Positions 13,926-27,600 of a DNA stretch of 64,000 nucleotides are shown one piece after another. The notes under the pieces were generated by a model. It had not been told where the DNA came from, ran no database searches, and worked only from the letters and a program-made list of their open reading frames with translations. Position numbers and translations under genes: made by a program. Location of the stretch: the NCBI GenBank assembly GCA_013239625.1, contig MU054541.1, positions 7,793,530 to 7,857,529 on the forward strand, given 5' to 3'. Origin of the DNA: Lama guanicoe (lineage: Eukaryota). Each line of letters opens with the position of its first letter. Position 1 is the stretch's first letter.

Positions 13926-16900
13926 GGCAGTGGGCAGGCGTTAGCTCGTACGGGTCACCACACCACTTCCGACGGAGTCGGTGGCCAGTCGTTACACGGA
14001 GACTTCAAGGAAATTAGTTGAGAGTGGAACTGCCAGCAGTACCTTTCTGAGATCCAGGGGGAAAAACCCAAACAGATCCTCCACTGGCATTACCTGCACC
14101 TGCCATGGAAGGCACAACTCAGGTTCTGTTCTAACGCCTTTCAGGAGCTTCCACACCAGAGCATCAAAGAGACTCCCCAGGAAACACTCAGGAAAGCCAA
14201 GCTGGGGCAAAGGGGGCTGTGACTACGACAGGAGAGGAAAAAGGGAGGCGTGTGCCCTAAACATTAATATTAACCAAACTGGCTGCTCTGTGAACTGCAG
14301 CCCCTGATTCTACAAAAGACCATTTTGACAGATTATCAGAAAGGGGGGAAGGATTTCAAAAATACAAAAATGCAGAACTGAATAAAATTAACTCTGATTT
14401 GCAAACAAAAGATGGGTTTTCAAAGGAATCCGCTCTTGTCATCATCTTGCTATTATTTCACAGCTGCCTCCACCCAAATGGCAAACGGGACCCAAAAGTC
14501 AACTCATGTTCATGGGGGGGCCCCCACCCATGGGGGGGGGGGCACGTATTGGCTAAGACGAGGTATATTTCGTCCTCAACAGCTCATTAGTTTTAAGTGT
14601 CGTGGGAACCTGCCAGTTTCAGTCCTCCAAGTAATTATCTTTTGTCTTAATTTGTAAGATTCTCCAGAAGAGGAGAGAAGGGGAAAAGGAAAAAATACTC
14701 ACTCCCAGGAAAAGCCTAAACCCTGTGAACATAAGAGACCCACACGCTGTCTCCAATTAGAAGGAGTAATTGGACTCATTTCTTTAAGGAGAGAAACAAA
14801 GCATTTATCCCAGTGAACCACATTAGGGAAACATACTGTACTCAGATACAAACAGCTCTGTGTTAATCAACAGAGACACAGCTATTGATTCGTATACACA
14901 TATGCTGAAAGTTAAACGGCCCACAGATGAGGGTTTTCATGCCATGGCAAGCAGAATCTTTAAATGCAAAAGACTGGTATTCTGATTTAGGGTCACTGCA
15001 TGGCTGAGAAGGTAAGTTCTGTTCCCAATAAGGGATGAAAAAGAAATGGTCAAGAGAAGTCACTTTAGAAACATCTTCACCAGGATTCCCGGGAGGACTG
15101 GAAAGGTGGGAAGCGACACTTTCTAAGGAGGAACTCACAATATAGCTCCAGGGAGTTCGTACTAAAGGATGTTCCCCGACCCGCAGAGTAAGATCCTGAT
15201 GTGGTTCCCAAGGAAGAGCCATAAGGTAGTGGATAAAACTGATCGTAAAGTCTTTAAAACGCTCACGACATACATGACCTCTCAGAGGGATGGAGATAGC
15301 CTGGCTGTGATTTCCAGCTCCCAGATCAGCAAGCACATTTGTGCCTCTATTCCCACAACCACGGGCCAGCTGCCTCCCCTCATCTGCCCTCCAGGAATCA
15401 CTTAAGTATTCAAAATAAAGGATATAAAACGCCTTCCGTTCTTCAGAGGAAGGAGTGGTGCAAATACAAGAAAGTTGACGTTTTCCAAAGCTCCTGCTGT
15501 AACGGCAAGGAGAAGACCCACATTTGAAACAGTCCTCCCTAAACAGAGCCGACAAGGCCAGCCTCCCGCCCTCCCCACATCCACCCACCCCAATCTTGTA
15601 ATTACTCGTGCTAATAATAAAGGCACCTCAACAGAACACCAGGAAGTGATCCTGAAGTTTTTTTACTAGGTGAGTAGGAAAGGGGACTGACCCCTTGCCT
15701 GGTGTCTGACAAAAAAAAAGTTATTATATCCTGAGATGACCCCATGTCTAGCTTTCACCTTCTTAAAACAGAAACGTGAACAAGACCCACTCAGAAAGCT
15801 GGGCCGGGAGGTCTGCTAGCAGACACGCCACGACCAGGAGGGAGAAGTGAACAGTCTCAAAGACTGGACTAACCCCCACATTACATAAAGTAAGACCTGC
15901 TCCCTGTCCTGCCCCCCAAAACAAATCTAAAGGACAAAAAAAAAAAAAAAAAAACTGTAAATAGCAGAATGTGCTACGGAAAAGAGAAGCAAGCCAAGTT
16001 TCTGATCTGGAGCCAGATATTTAAATGTAAGCTTCGTGTCATTACAAGGCATCCCGACGCGGGGCAGACAGACTCCATCAATTGGCTGGCAGTAAACCCT
16101 TGTTACTGTACAAAAGCCGCACTTGCTCCCTGGAGCCAGTTCAACTTTGAGTCACTATTGTCTGAAAACAATGGAATGTGTCTGCCAACCTGTGCCAACA
16201 GTTCAAAAGGATTTTAATGCAGCCTGTGTGAGTGAGTGCTGTAACCCGGTTTGCCCTGGGCAAAAACAGCTCCCTGACTTCGCTCCAGCAGCCATGAGAA
16301 GAACCAGAGACGGCGGCGAGGACGTGCGGGTCGGCACAAGCCCCACGCCGGGAGCCGACAGCGGCAGATGAAGCCACGGAGGCCTCGGAGCACCCCGGCT
16401 CCAGCCTCACAACCGAGTTCTGCTGGTTCGCGTGGAATCGGCAAGAGCCCGGTGGGATTCCCATGCCATGACATCCCATCACTTTGGTGACTCATGTAAC
16501 AGGAAAGAAATACGCTGAAAAGAATTCCTGAAACGAATCTGATTTTCGTTTCTCTGTGAGAACTTGAATCTGTAACTCATAGAATAAATATTTCTTCCAT
16601 CCGAATTCGGTCACCACAGTCCCAAGATTTAGAAATGTGACTACGTTATGGGCAATGATGGAATACACCTAACAGAGCTGGATCGATGTGCCCGTTAAAT
16701 GCGTTTCTTACACAGGTTCCTAACAACCGCTGACTCTGAAGTTTGAAAAGGGTGTATGTATGACCTTTATGAGAATATAAAGGTCAGGGAGACACAAAGA
16801 CTATAAATCAAGATGAATGGCTTCTGTCATTGAAAAATGGTTTCTTGGCCCATCTGTCCCCCAAAGGAGCCGAGGAAAGGAGGAGACTGATGGCCTGACA

Positions 16901-17869
16901 GTGACTAACCCCCAGCCTGTGCCCGCAGGGCTGGCTCTAAGACATCTGCCTTCCCCAATGTGCCGCTGCGGGGCCCGCTGGGAGGGTGGGCACGGGGCCG
17001 AGGGGAACCTGGTGCCTTCTCAATCTCAAGAAATAAAACAGAGCCCAGCACTACGGCGATACTCAGAAGGGGACAAGCGTTAACTCTGGAAGAGCAGGTA
17101 AATCAAGGGTTTTTTTTTTTTGCAGCTTGGGGTTTCTTTCACAGCCCTACATTCAAGAAGAAGAATTCTAAAAGGCCAACTACATGTGAAGTAAATGGCA
17201 CGACTTCTCTGAATCTAAACAAGGAATCTCTGACTATTCACAACAAACCAGGGCAGAGACACCCTGCCAGTGTGCACAAGAGCTACTCTGGAAGGCCTTC
17301 CACATACACAATCAACTGCACAAGTTATAGAAGAGCTGGTAATTTGCAGAATAAAAAATATTAGTACAGGAAAAACTAAATACAGAAATATTCACATTGC
17401 AGTAAGGACTGTTTTCAAGGTTCTCCAAACAAATACTGTGCATATGCTTTTGCACCACAGTATCTCCACCCTCCTCATCCAGCCAGGAAAGGAATGACTT
17501 TTGAAAGTCCTATATGCACATTTTCAGTCTCTGGGAACAGCATAACTGCTCTGCGAGGCAGGCCAGATGAATTTAGCTAGAAATATTAAATACTGAACAG
17601 TCTAGTGAACAGCTCAACAATTCAGCTTACAATGTGTATGATATAAACACACCCCACCAAGTGTGGACAACAAAATCGATGAAAAGTTCTGAAAATCTAA
17701 TACATTATCTTAATTTCTTTCACACTTCAGGGTATTACAGTTCCTTAGAAGAAAGAGTTGTGGGTGTGAGGCCAGTAACAGGACAGCACCCAGCCCCACC
17801 TCAGGAGAAGTCACCAAGTGCCAGGCACCGTGCTAAGTGTATCTGTCACCCACTCAGTCCTGACAGACC

Positions 17870-18040
17870 TTTGTTTATCCTTAGTAAGCGATTACTCACA
17901 GATCACGTGATCTACCCATTCAAACCGTACGATCCAACATATTTTTGCATATTCAGAGTTGTGCAACCATCACCACAATGTAATCTGAAAACGTTTTCAC
18001 CACCCCCAAAACGAAACACCATCCCTGCCCACTCCTGAAA
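17870..18040 (-). mobile_element. L1MB 3'-end fragment inserted in a MIR (MIR halves about 17812-17870 and 18055-18130)
   Basis: ATATTCAGAGTTGTGCAACCATCACCACAAT...TTTTCACCACCCCCAAAA is an antisense L1MB tail. Flanks GTGCCAGGCACCGTGCTAAG and ATTTTACAAACAGGAAAACGGAGGC are MIR. Confidence 0.7.
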
Positions 18041-21000
18041 CCTAATCGGAAAAACCAGGTGTTATTTTACAAACAGGAAAACGGAGGCCTCAAGATTAAA
18101 TTATTGGCCAATCACACCTGGTTAGGAAGACATATTTGAGGCAGAAGTTTCTCACCACCAGCCTCTCTTTCTGGTTGGTCATCACTGAAATCTGTACAAG
18201 CATCTCACCACAGAGGAGAGGGGCCCCCATGTTATCAGGAAGAGACATCTGCACACGAAAATACTGGGGGGCCAGTGCTGTCCTAGGTGTGCACATGTCC
18301 CCTGAGGTCTGGGTGGACCGACAGAACCAACACTGTAAGGAAAATGGGAAGAAACAGGGATGGGCGGGTTACACTGGCAGACAGGCGTTACCGGGGACCG
18401 TCTGCCACACCTGGAACAGCTCCTTCTGTTCAGAGTGGTCACAGTCCCTCTCGGGCAGCCCTTGCCGTATGTGCCAGGTATTTGAAATGTACCGACTTTC
18501 CAGGATTCTCTTATCAAGGACAAGGCTGTTCTAGATTTCCAGGTCTTTTCAACCGTATGTGGCATGAATAGCCAGTACAGTGCTCTCAACCAGATACAAA
18601 TGAAGTGTATACCGACTCAGTTACTGCTAACAAAAACCTATGAAACAAGGTACTCCTACTGCCCCTTTAAGGATAAGAAAACTAAAGCGCCCCAAGTTGC
18701 AACCACCTTTGGGAAGACAGGCCCCAGGGCAAACCACCAGGCCACGTGGCCCCAGGCGGGAGAGGGGTGGGGGGTTAACAGCAGATACATTCCGCTTGAC
18801 TCTACATGTACTACTGCTCTGAAAAAACACACTCCCAACTGCACTCCTAATTCCTGCAGGTACTCACCTGCCTCAACGGGGGGGGAACAAAGCCGCAGGA
18901 GGTTTAAAAAAAGGTGACGATGTCCCATGAAAACATCAATTAAAGGGGGAAAAAAAAGGATTTCTCAGCTGGAGAGTGTCTCCCCCAAGACACGTGGTGA
19001 GGCCCTGGTCCTGCCACACACCCATCCCTCACCAACCAGACACAGGCGGGCCCACATGCACCTCGACGGCCACCACAGAGCAGAAACGTGGTCAACGCAG
19101 CCCGAGGCTGGCGCTTGCTGGCCCTCACACCACGTGCCCCCGGTGTGAGTCCAAAAGCAATTAACTCAGTCCAGCTGGGAGTCTGATGGCATGTTTAAAA
19201 AGCCTTCTGAGGAATGTCCCTTTTCAGAAAGAGCACAAAAAGGAAACTGGTCTCTGCTGCTCCTTCCACTTCTCATTAAGTGCAGAAAACGCACGTGGAG
19301 AACATCCAACACGGGGCTGATGTGAGCATCCCACCTCGCAGCGGTCTCCTGCGACAAGGATGAGGGACCCCGGCACTGAGGGACCACCAGGGCTGCTCTC
19401 ATCAGAGACAAACGCATTAATACCCTACCCGACCTCACTTGTGCACTGGAAAAAATGACCAATGCTGAGAACTTCTCAAAAACCAGGCCATTTCAAATAT
19501 CAGCTTGTAACATGAATACCCACAGAGCCGCGTTCTGATTGTGTTATTTTGTGGCCACAGAGATTACCTAAGGGCCCTACTGTTAGGACCATTGGAGGTT
19601 CTGTGTACGTGAGAGTATTTTGGAAGCTCTGAACAGCTATCGAAATAGAAGCTGCTGGAGGCACTGTTATTGTAACCCTTGAGTGTTAACTCAAGGTTAA
19701 AAGCACGCATGACGCTGTCCATGTCATTTCAGATTATGTATTTTAATAAACACATCCATTTCCATGCGGACACTCAGTGGATTACAATGAGAACATTTGA
19801 GTCCTGTGTAATGTTTGCGAAACTGAAAGTCTGCCCAGGGACACCAGGCTCTTGCGGGAGACTGTTGGGGTTGTGGCTCCTCCTCTGGGGACAAGGAGCA
19901 CTGCCCCAGCCAGGCCCCGCTGGACCCCGGCGGCCCGGCATTGCGCGCAGGTGGGAGCGAGCCCCCTCTACTGGCACCTGCTTCCGTAAACCAGGCTCCT
20001 ACTCCGGAGGGAACCCACTGCTTCACTCACACTCAAGTTTAGGAGAGAAATGAGAAAGCAAGACGCCATCCGCAGCTTGGGTTCTGGTTTCTTCAAGCTA
20101 ACACAGCCTAAATAAAACAGTTTTCCTGGGTGTGCAGCCAGATCAGGGATCTGGGCCAAAGCTACTACCCCAGCAGTAAAGCGCTAGTTTTCCACATTTT
20201 GTCTTCTGTGCATTTATTTCCCCACATTTCAGTGCAGGTGACACTCCTGGGGAGGGTTCAGGTGCTGCTGGATTTCCCCACACCCTCGGCGCCCCCAGCA
20301 TACAAGGGAGGGAAAAGCCCCACCTGACAACAGAACTCCCGTGTCACGAAGAACAAAGAAATCAGCCTGCCTTCCGCTCTCTCACGTGTAAAAGTCCACA
20401 ATTCCGCTTGACCACAGTGTGATGATGGCCCCACCCAGGTTTGTCCTCTTAGAAAATCTAACACTTGGACATCTTCCCCCAAGTCAGAAACCAAAAGGAA
20501 ACAGAGATGATCAGTCTCTGGACTGCACTTTTTGGAAAACGAGGGAGTAAAACTGAGGCAAGGATCAGTCAATCAAACTGAAGACAAGGGCGGGTAAAGG
20601 AACACACTCATCTCGTTCACAAACCGTCCCCGACCTCTTCTTTCCACCAGGCAGAGAGCTCAGGCATGGTTCCCTGCTCGCGGTCACCAAGTGCCCTGTA
20701 AATCCAGGGGATGGGGGCTGGAGAAGGGTTGGGAGGAGCACAGAAGCAGGACAAGAGCACCACTGGCCTCCCAATGCCGCAGGTGTCACCCGGCAGGCCC
20801 TCCAACCCATTCCCGGGAGCAGTAGGTCTACCTGGTCGGCCTCACGGCTTGGGCACCCTGAACCAGCCTGCTGTTCATCGGGAAGCAAGGCGGCCTCAGA
20901 GCCTTGCAAATCTAATCAAGCCAGGAACCCTGCAGGTGCCCTCAGGACCTGAGCCGGAAAAGTGCAATTTTCTGAACCCAAAGGAGGCCCCCTCTGAACT

Positions 21001-23559
21001 CCAGACAGAAGAAACCACAGCGGCGGCGGCAGCAACAGGTGCCGGGTGAGCCTGAGCAGTTCTCATGCACACTCACCATCTATCCACTGCGTTAACACAC
21101 AACGCCTCGGGCCCAGTGCCAGGCCAACACCCTCTATCCTCACACACAGAACTTTGCTACAAGTGCACCCTCTTCAGGAATATCTGTTTCCTTCCACTGT
21201 CGCATGTCACATGTAAACAAACATCCGCTTTTATAACTGATGGCTACCCATAATGAAGTCCCGTTACGCGGAATCCTGCTCTGTAGTTACAAACAAATGG
21301 GTCTCAGTAACAAAGCTGGAAGACAACTTTCAGCTGCCATGGGAACTGTGCCAATGTTTGACATGTGTTTTTTTAACAGTGGAAACAGAGTCCTCAGTGA
21401 TCCCAGCCTGACCGTACAGCGGAGTCTTGTGTAAACCCTGGAGTCCTGGGTCCACTGCCTCACACTGTGCAGGAGACAGCAGCTGCCAAGTCCCCAGCAG
21501 GCAGTAACAGGGGCAAGGAGTCAAAGCACAGAGGGGAACGGGAAGGAGATGTAAACAGGGTGGGATATTGATGTTTTTAATCTGGAAAAGGTACTCCTGT
21601 CTTGGGGGGGGCAGGATTCCAGGAACAAAATTTTAGTTAGGGATCTTCCCCCAGCTAACCCTGTACTCCTGGAAAAGCCACTTCCGCTGAACACGCAGCA
21701 GTGCCCATCACCCACGGCAGGAGGTCTCAATGGTACACATTCCTGCACACGACACACACACAGTAGTTATCTCCTTATTCTGCGATGTAAATGAAGGAAG
21801 AACAGATGAGTGCCCACCCACTCTATCCTGCTCTTTTCATAAAAGGGGAAATTAAGAATCAGAGCTATAAATGCCTACCCAGGAAGACACAGCTAATTAA
21901 GCCTGAAGAGGGGCAGGAAACGAAGCTCCTGATGACTATTCGATGCCGATGCTGATAACGACCTTTATAGGATCCAAACAGGAAAAAAAAAAAAAAGACA
22001 GACCAAAGTGTGTTGGGCAACTTAGTGTTACAATACAGTTTCAATTATCTGAGAGTGGTTGAGAAAGGAGCAACATTCCATAGCTGAATGTTCGGTTTTC
22101 AAAGATGACTACATTTCAGTTTCACCACTTTTGGTTGACGGGCTTCTAATATTCAGTAACTCCTTTCTCTGCTGTTGGAAATTGTACCTTCAGGAATATC
22201 CTTACATCCTCCCGCCGGGGCACACAATCCACAGCATCAGTGCGTCTCGTTTCAATAAACTGCCTATGGCAGTGTATTTCCTTGTCATCTGCCTTCTTCA
22301 TACAACAGAAGACGGAGAGCAGAGCAGGTGAGTAAGTTCAGCCGACCAGGGACTGAGCGCTCCGTGAATCTGAGGCTGCAATCGCCCTTCTCCAAAGCTG
22401 ACTTCTCCTTTTCAACCTAATTCTGGGTCACCTGAAATTGGAGGGGCTTTCCTAACAGCCTGTGCATTTCTGAGCTGGCTTCAGCCCACTCCCTCCACTG
22501 ACTCACACAGAAGCACTGCCATCCTGTGGGGTTTTGCTGGTTGGCTTCCAAAGACATGAAAGCCACGTGGCAACAGCAAACATGGAGACCCCACCAGCAG
22601 AGCTGTCCACCCCGGGCAGTGGCCCGTGGCGCTGGCCTTCTGACACTGTCCAGCAGATCAAGAGCAGTGACTCCACCACCACAGCACAGACTCTACCCAT
22701 CGCAAAGCACAGCTGTTCACGCCCTCATCCTTACAACAGGAATGGTCCCCAGGGTTGGGGCATTTCAAAACTCTTGACTCCTGGCTGCAATCTGCCACTT
22801 TTGGTGATGGGTACAAGACATCAGATCTCCCAGTTCTTCAACTGTAAGGCAAGAAACCCCCCCTGCCCTGACACCTCTGAATGACTCTGCTGCAGACGGA
22901 ATCAAGAGACAATGTACGTGAACACATTCTGAAAACACTCATATTTTTATTGCCTACTCATGGAAAACAGCCCTCCAACCTCCCTCTCACAAAGATTTCT
23001 GAGAGATCCCCTAGTAAGATGAAATCAGAGAAGCCACCACTTAACTGGGAACATGTCTACACACACGGCTAACAAAGGGGCCACACAAATGCTTCACTTA
23101 ATCCCTGCTTTACAGATGAGGAGCCCGAGGCTGAGAGTTACGTACTGGGATTATTAACCTCATTTCCCTAATAGACTGTAAGGTCCTTAGAAACGGGGTC
23201 AGTCTTTACCAGGTGTCCATGCCACCTGAACACAGCCCCCAGCAAGACGCAGGACAGGCAAACAATCACTCCACTGACAGGGCAGAAGTGCCCGACGACG
23301 GTGCAGGCGAGACGCAGGCGCCGTCACTTCTACGCGAGGCCTGCCTGCATCTCCGTTTCCCCCTGAGCCCAGACACACACACAAGTGGTCGCTCAGTGCA
23401 CCGTCAAGGGGGAGAAATAATGAGCAGCTTTCCTTTGCCTCAACCACTTATGGCCAGCACTGGTTTTCTGCCATTTGTGCACAGGGACACTCTGCCTCCT
23501 AGGGTCGCTATGAGTCCCAAGGGAAATGTGATTCCTAGCAGAGAACCTGGGAAGAGTTC

Positions 23560-23990
23560 ACAGAAAAATGCCATCATCTCTCCCCTTGCTTCAACTCTCC
23601 TCTTTCCTCTCACTTTTCTCCTCTCACTTTCTTTCCCCTACCCGATGCTAATCTAATCCATCATCAAGTTGTCTCAACCCTGCCCCCTGCAGTATTCCTC
23701 AATCTACCTCCAGGTTTTCGCTCTTACGTCTTCCTATTACATCACCACAACCACGTTTTGGTCCCTTGTTCCCTATGGCAAAGCAACTGCCTACAATTAC
23801 AGCCTTTCAATGCGTTTCCTCTTGTTCAAGTCATTTCCCTTCATGAAACTCTCATCATCAATGCCAGCTTCATCTTTTCAGAAGGTAACTCCTGTTAAGT
23901 CACCTCCCTGTTGAAAAAGCACTGGGCACATTCCATGGCCAACTAATTTACACTTTTCTCTCTCTCAAATGCAACTTTTTGCTCCTGCTT
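23560..23990 (-). mobile_element. L2 LINE fragment
   Basis: Pyrimidine-rich decayed L2 motifs (TCTAATCCATCATCAAGT, ACTGCCTACAATTACAGCCT). Confidence 0.5.
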
Positions 23991-24460
23991 TCTGGGTTAC
24001 ATCCTCCCCTACACTGGTAACACTCAACACTCATGGGGGAAAAAAATCAGTCTAGAATCATAATACATATGCATTTACCTGATTTCACATGCTGAGTGGG
24101 TAACACTTTCCCTCCCACACTGTCTACGCCTGGTAAATCACAACAGTAAGCTGACCACAACAGCCTCTTGATGAGATCATCTTAACTGTCCCTGCTCAGA
24201 TGTGATGCCTTCCTCTCCCGAATTTACCATCTCCACAAACATAAAAATGCGCATGCCTATCCTAACAGTCCTCTTGTCTGGAATACACCTGACTGGACCA
24301 ATCTCTCTGGTTTTTAAGTGCCTGGCACTTAAGTATCCGAAACTAGCTTTGCCACCAACCAGCCACGCAGCCTTCAACATCTTCTCAATACCTGGTCTAT
24401 TCCAGCTTTCACTCAAAGCTTTGGATCTTATCTTTAACACAGATTCAACAGTGGACCTAC

Positions 24461-24637
24461 CATGTCCGTTGTGAACATGCTTGTGGGTTTTTCCTTTCCT
24501 GGGGGTTGACTGGCATGAAGATGAAGCGTTGTTGGTGGCTGTTTTGACGTCTTCTGTCTCATCATCTTCCTCCTCGACGTCCTCCTCGTCCTGAGAGCTT
24601 CCGAAATATACCATGCTGTTGGGCAGCGCAGGAGAAC
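24461..24637 (-). CDS. JARID2: JARID2 exon 5 (177 bp, phase 1-1)
   Basis: Acceptor CTCCTTTTAAATCTACCAG|GT and donor CATG|GTAGGT. Encodes [59 protein letters not shown]. Confidence 0.97.
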
Positions 24638-27600
24638 CTGGTAGATTTAAAAGGAGGCACATAAACACAGGCCTGGATCATCACCCCTTCCAGAAGGAGC
24701 ACTTCAAATGGAGCCATTTATTATGTTACAAACTTAAATCCTCATGAGTGAGGAGATAAACAAAGCTATTCATCTCTACTGCCATTTTTAATTTATTTTT
24801 CAAACATCCCCCAGGAAATATAACTCCATCTGTGTCCTTGTAACAGATTTCAAGCAAAATCCCCCAGCAGGGGGATGATGCCATTCACAAAACATAACAA
24901 ATCAAAATTTTGAAAATCTCATTTCAATAGCTCTTGAGAAGGGGGTGTGCGGTGTGGGGAGGGGGGCCACCAAAGATTGAATTGAGAGAGAAAAATCAAT
25001 AAAATAAACACATCTAACCACAGTGTCAAGGATGAGAGACTATTCCAGGGTATGATTTAAACTTACTAGACTTAAAAAATATGAATGTAAGCAAATGAGT
25101 TTCAAATGAAAGAAAAGACAATCACAGAGAAGCAAGGAGTAAAAATAGACTCTAACACCTCCTGATATGAAGAAACTGTGCCAGAGTCACATGGGGTGAA
25201 TGACAGGTACGGATTCCCCGAACTCAGAATGTATTTGGAAGCTACTTTGATATTATGATCAGGTTAATAGCATCTAAAATTATTAATATAAATTCCTGCT
25301 TAAGAATAACCAAAAGGGCTTGATTAAAAACCAAAATCTCCTCACAGAACTCACACTCCTCACTCCTTTTACACCTTGACCTCTTCATCCCCAAATGCTT
25401 TAGTTTCTGAACTTAAGACAGAACAGTAACACCAGAGACTAAGCTCAAGATTACAAAGAAGCACAATGCAGTTCTTTCTTATCAAATCATGACAATTCAC
25501 AAAGAGACCAGTCAATTCATAGGTATATTGAGACCAAAGGCTGTTGAAATGGGGGCGGGGGGGGTCATATTATCTTCTGGCAGCAACTTCAATCTTCCTT
25601 CCCACAAAGTATCTTGAGGAGAGCTACTACAAAGTAACAGGAAAACTAATAAATGTCAAAGTCTCTTCTCTAGCCCACTTTCCTGTGAAGGAGCAAACAC
25701 TCCAAAAACAACAGTCAAGATTCAAGTAACCAAATTTGCTCTCCTTCCCAAATGGAGATCTCAAACTTCAACCACAATGGCTAAAACATCCCTGTCCAAT
25801 TTGGGGGCTACTTGCTCCAACAAGGAGATGGAAATGGACAAGCAGCATCAGAGAGCGCAAGTCGCCAACCCAGAAACACGAAGACAGAGCAGGTGCCTCC
25901 GCTCCCCTTCCTCTTGTCAGAGCCATGGCCCGCCGACGGCATAACCCCGCAGGTTACATGCATCGTGCTCTCATCAGGTGGAAATGAAACTCCAAAGGGA
26001 TGTATCTGGCACGAAGACCCTCAGTGGATAACAGGATTGAACACACTCTGACAAACGCCATCTCCTCTGTCTTTTCCCCTTTGATCACTTCCAGTCAGAA
26101 GCAGGTTCCCAAAAGGAGGAAGGTTCTTAAACCTGACAGGCTTCAGGGGAAATAATCTAATCAAACAGAAGTTACAGATGAAATTTAAAAAAGAGAGAGA
26201 GAGAAGGAAATTTCTTACTGTATTTCCACTGGAACATCATATTTACTTTTGTTCTAAGTGGCTTTACAGTTGCTACAAGATTGACTAGAAACGGAGGAGA
26301 CACCACCCTTGTTAGCTTCCTTCCTAATTTGAAGTTTTCAGCCGGGACTTAACACTCACACATTTGCATGACGCAAGAACCTCCACAAACAAAGACACTA
26401 ATACTATCAGAGTCTTCCTTCCTAAATTTAACTTTATAAGTACTTAAGAAAAAGCAAAAGAAACCTTATTTCAGCACTCCACATGGGTTCTGAGTTTTTA
26501 AAAAAAAAAAAAAAAGGCGGGGAGAATTTACCATAAACTCCAGCACATTCTAGCATGTCACACGACATAAGGTGACATATCAGACAGACAGAGCTGGGAA
26601 CGTCAACCCTTGGAAGCCATGGACTCAGTTATTAAAATTCTTGCTTCGGCAAAATGAGAAAGAATAGGGTAAATAAATTATCTTCAAGTTCCTTCCAGAA
26701 CAAATATCCATGCCTGATTTCTTTTAAAGAAAAGCCTTCACGCATACTATCTTGGACACGGGGGCTAGCGGCTGAAAGGAGACGTGGGTTAGCACCGCCC
26801 GGAGCAGGTGTTTGCACAGACCCTGCGGTGACTCATGCAGCCAACTCCGCCATCTGCCGGAGGGAAGCGGGATTGAAGGAATGTAATTTTGGGAAGCAAG
26901 CCATCACCCCCTAGCCTTCCTGTTCCCAGCCCCCAGAAGAAAGGCAATGAACTCTGCAACTGAGGCCATTTGGGAGTAACTTGGGGTGGGGGGGGGTGGG
27001 AAGTAAGTCTATGTCTCAAAGAGAATCAGGGAAAAGCCAAGTGGAGCACATGAGAAACAAACAAGGAATTAAGTTCCACCTACAGGATCTGTTGAGGATT
27101 TTTTGAAACTCAAACCCAATGCGAGAAGCATCCCATTCCTTACATCCAAGATTCTGAGACTGGGGTGAACACTAAGTTTATGTTTCAAAGAACTAAATAG
27201 AGGAAATGTTTAGAAGTTCAGTTCAGAATCCAAGTTTCATTAATACACTAAAGAAAGCATACAGGCTAGTATCTTCAATGAAAGCAGAAAACCGTCCATC
27301 TTATTAATGCATTTGCTTGAATAGCTTCTCAGCAAATACAAACAACCTGATGTAGCCTGTTAGATATTCTAAAAAACAGTCAGAAGCTAATATAAGGAAA
27401 ATGAGAAACAGGAAACAAAACCAGTGAAGAAGGGACGGGGGATGGGTAGGGTTTCCTGAGGGACTCATTCTCAAGAACTGGCTCTGCAGTCAGAGGTGGG
27501 AAAGGATATGAAGTCTCCTACATGTGGGGGCTGGAAGCAGATTGCCCTCACCCTAATGGTGACTTGGGTTCTCATCAGGTGACTGACGTGATGGTCCAGA

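Noticed and set aside
14863-15588. 241-aa minus-strand ORF, and the similar 182-196 aa ORFs at 5637, 6336 and 61916
   Set aside because: No domain-like composition, no convincing splice boundaries and no JARID2 similarity. Compatible with chance ORFs in GC-rich intron.
15658-15675. TTTTTTTACTAG|GTGAGT recursive-splice-like motif
   Set aside because: It is on the plus strand, antisense to JARID2, and there is no evidence of a plus-strand transcript.
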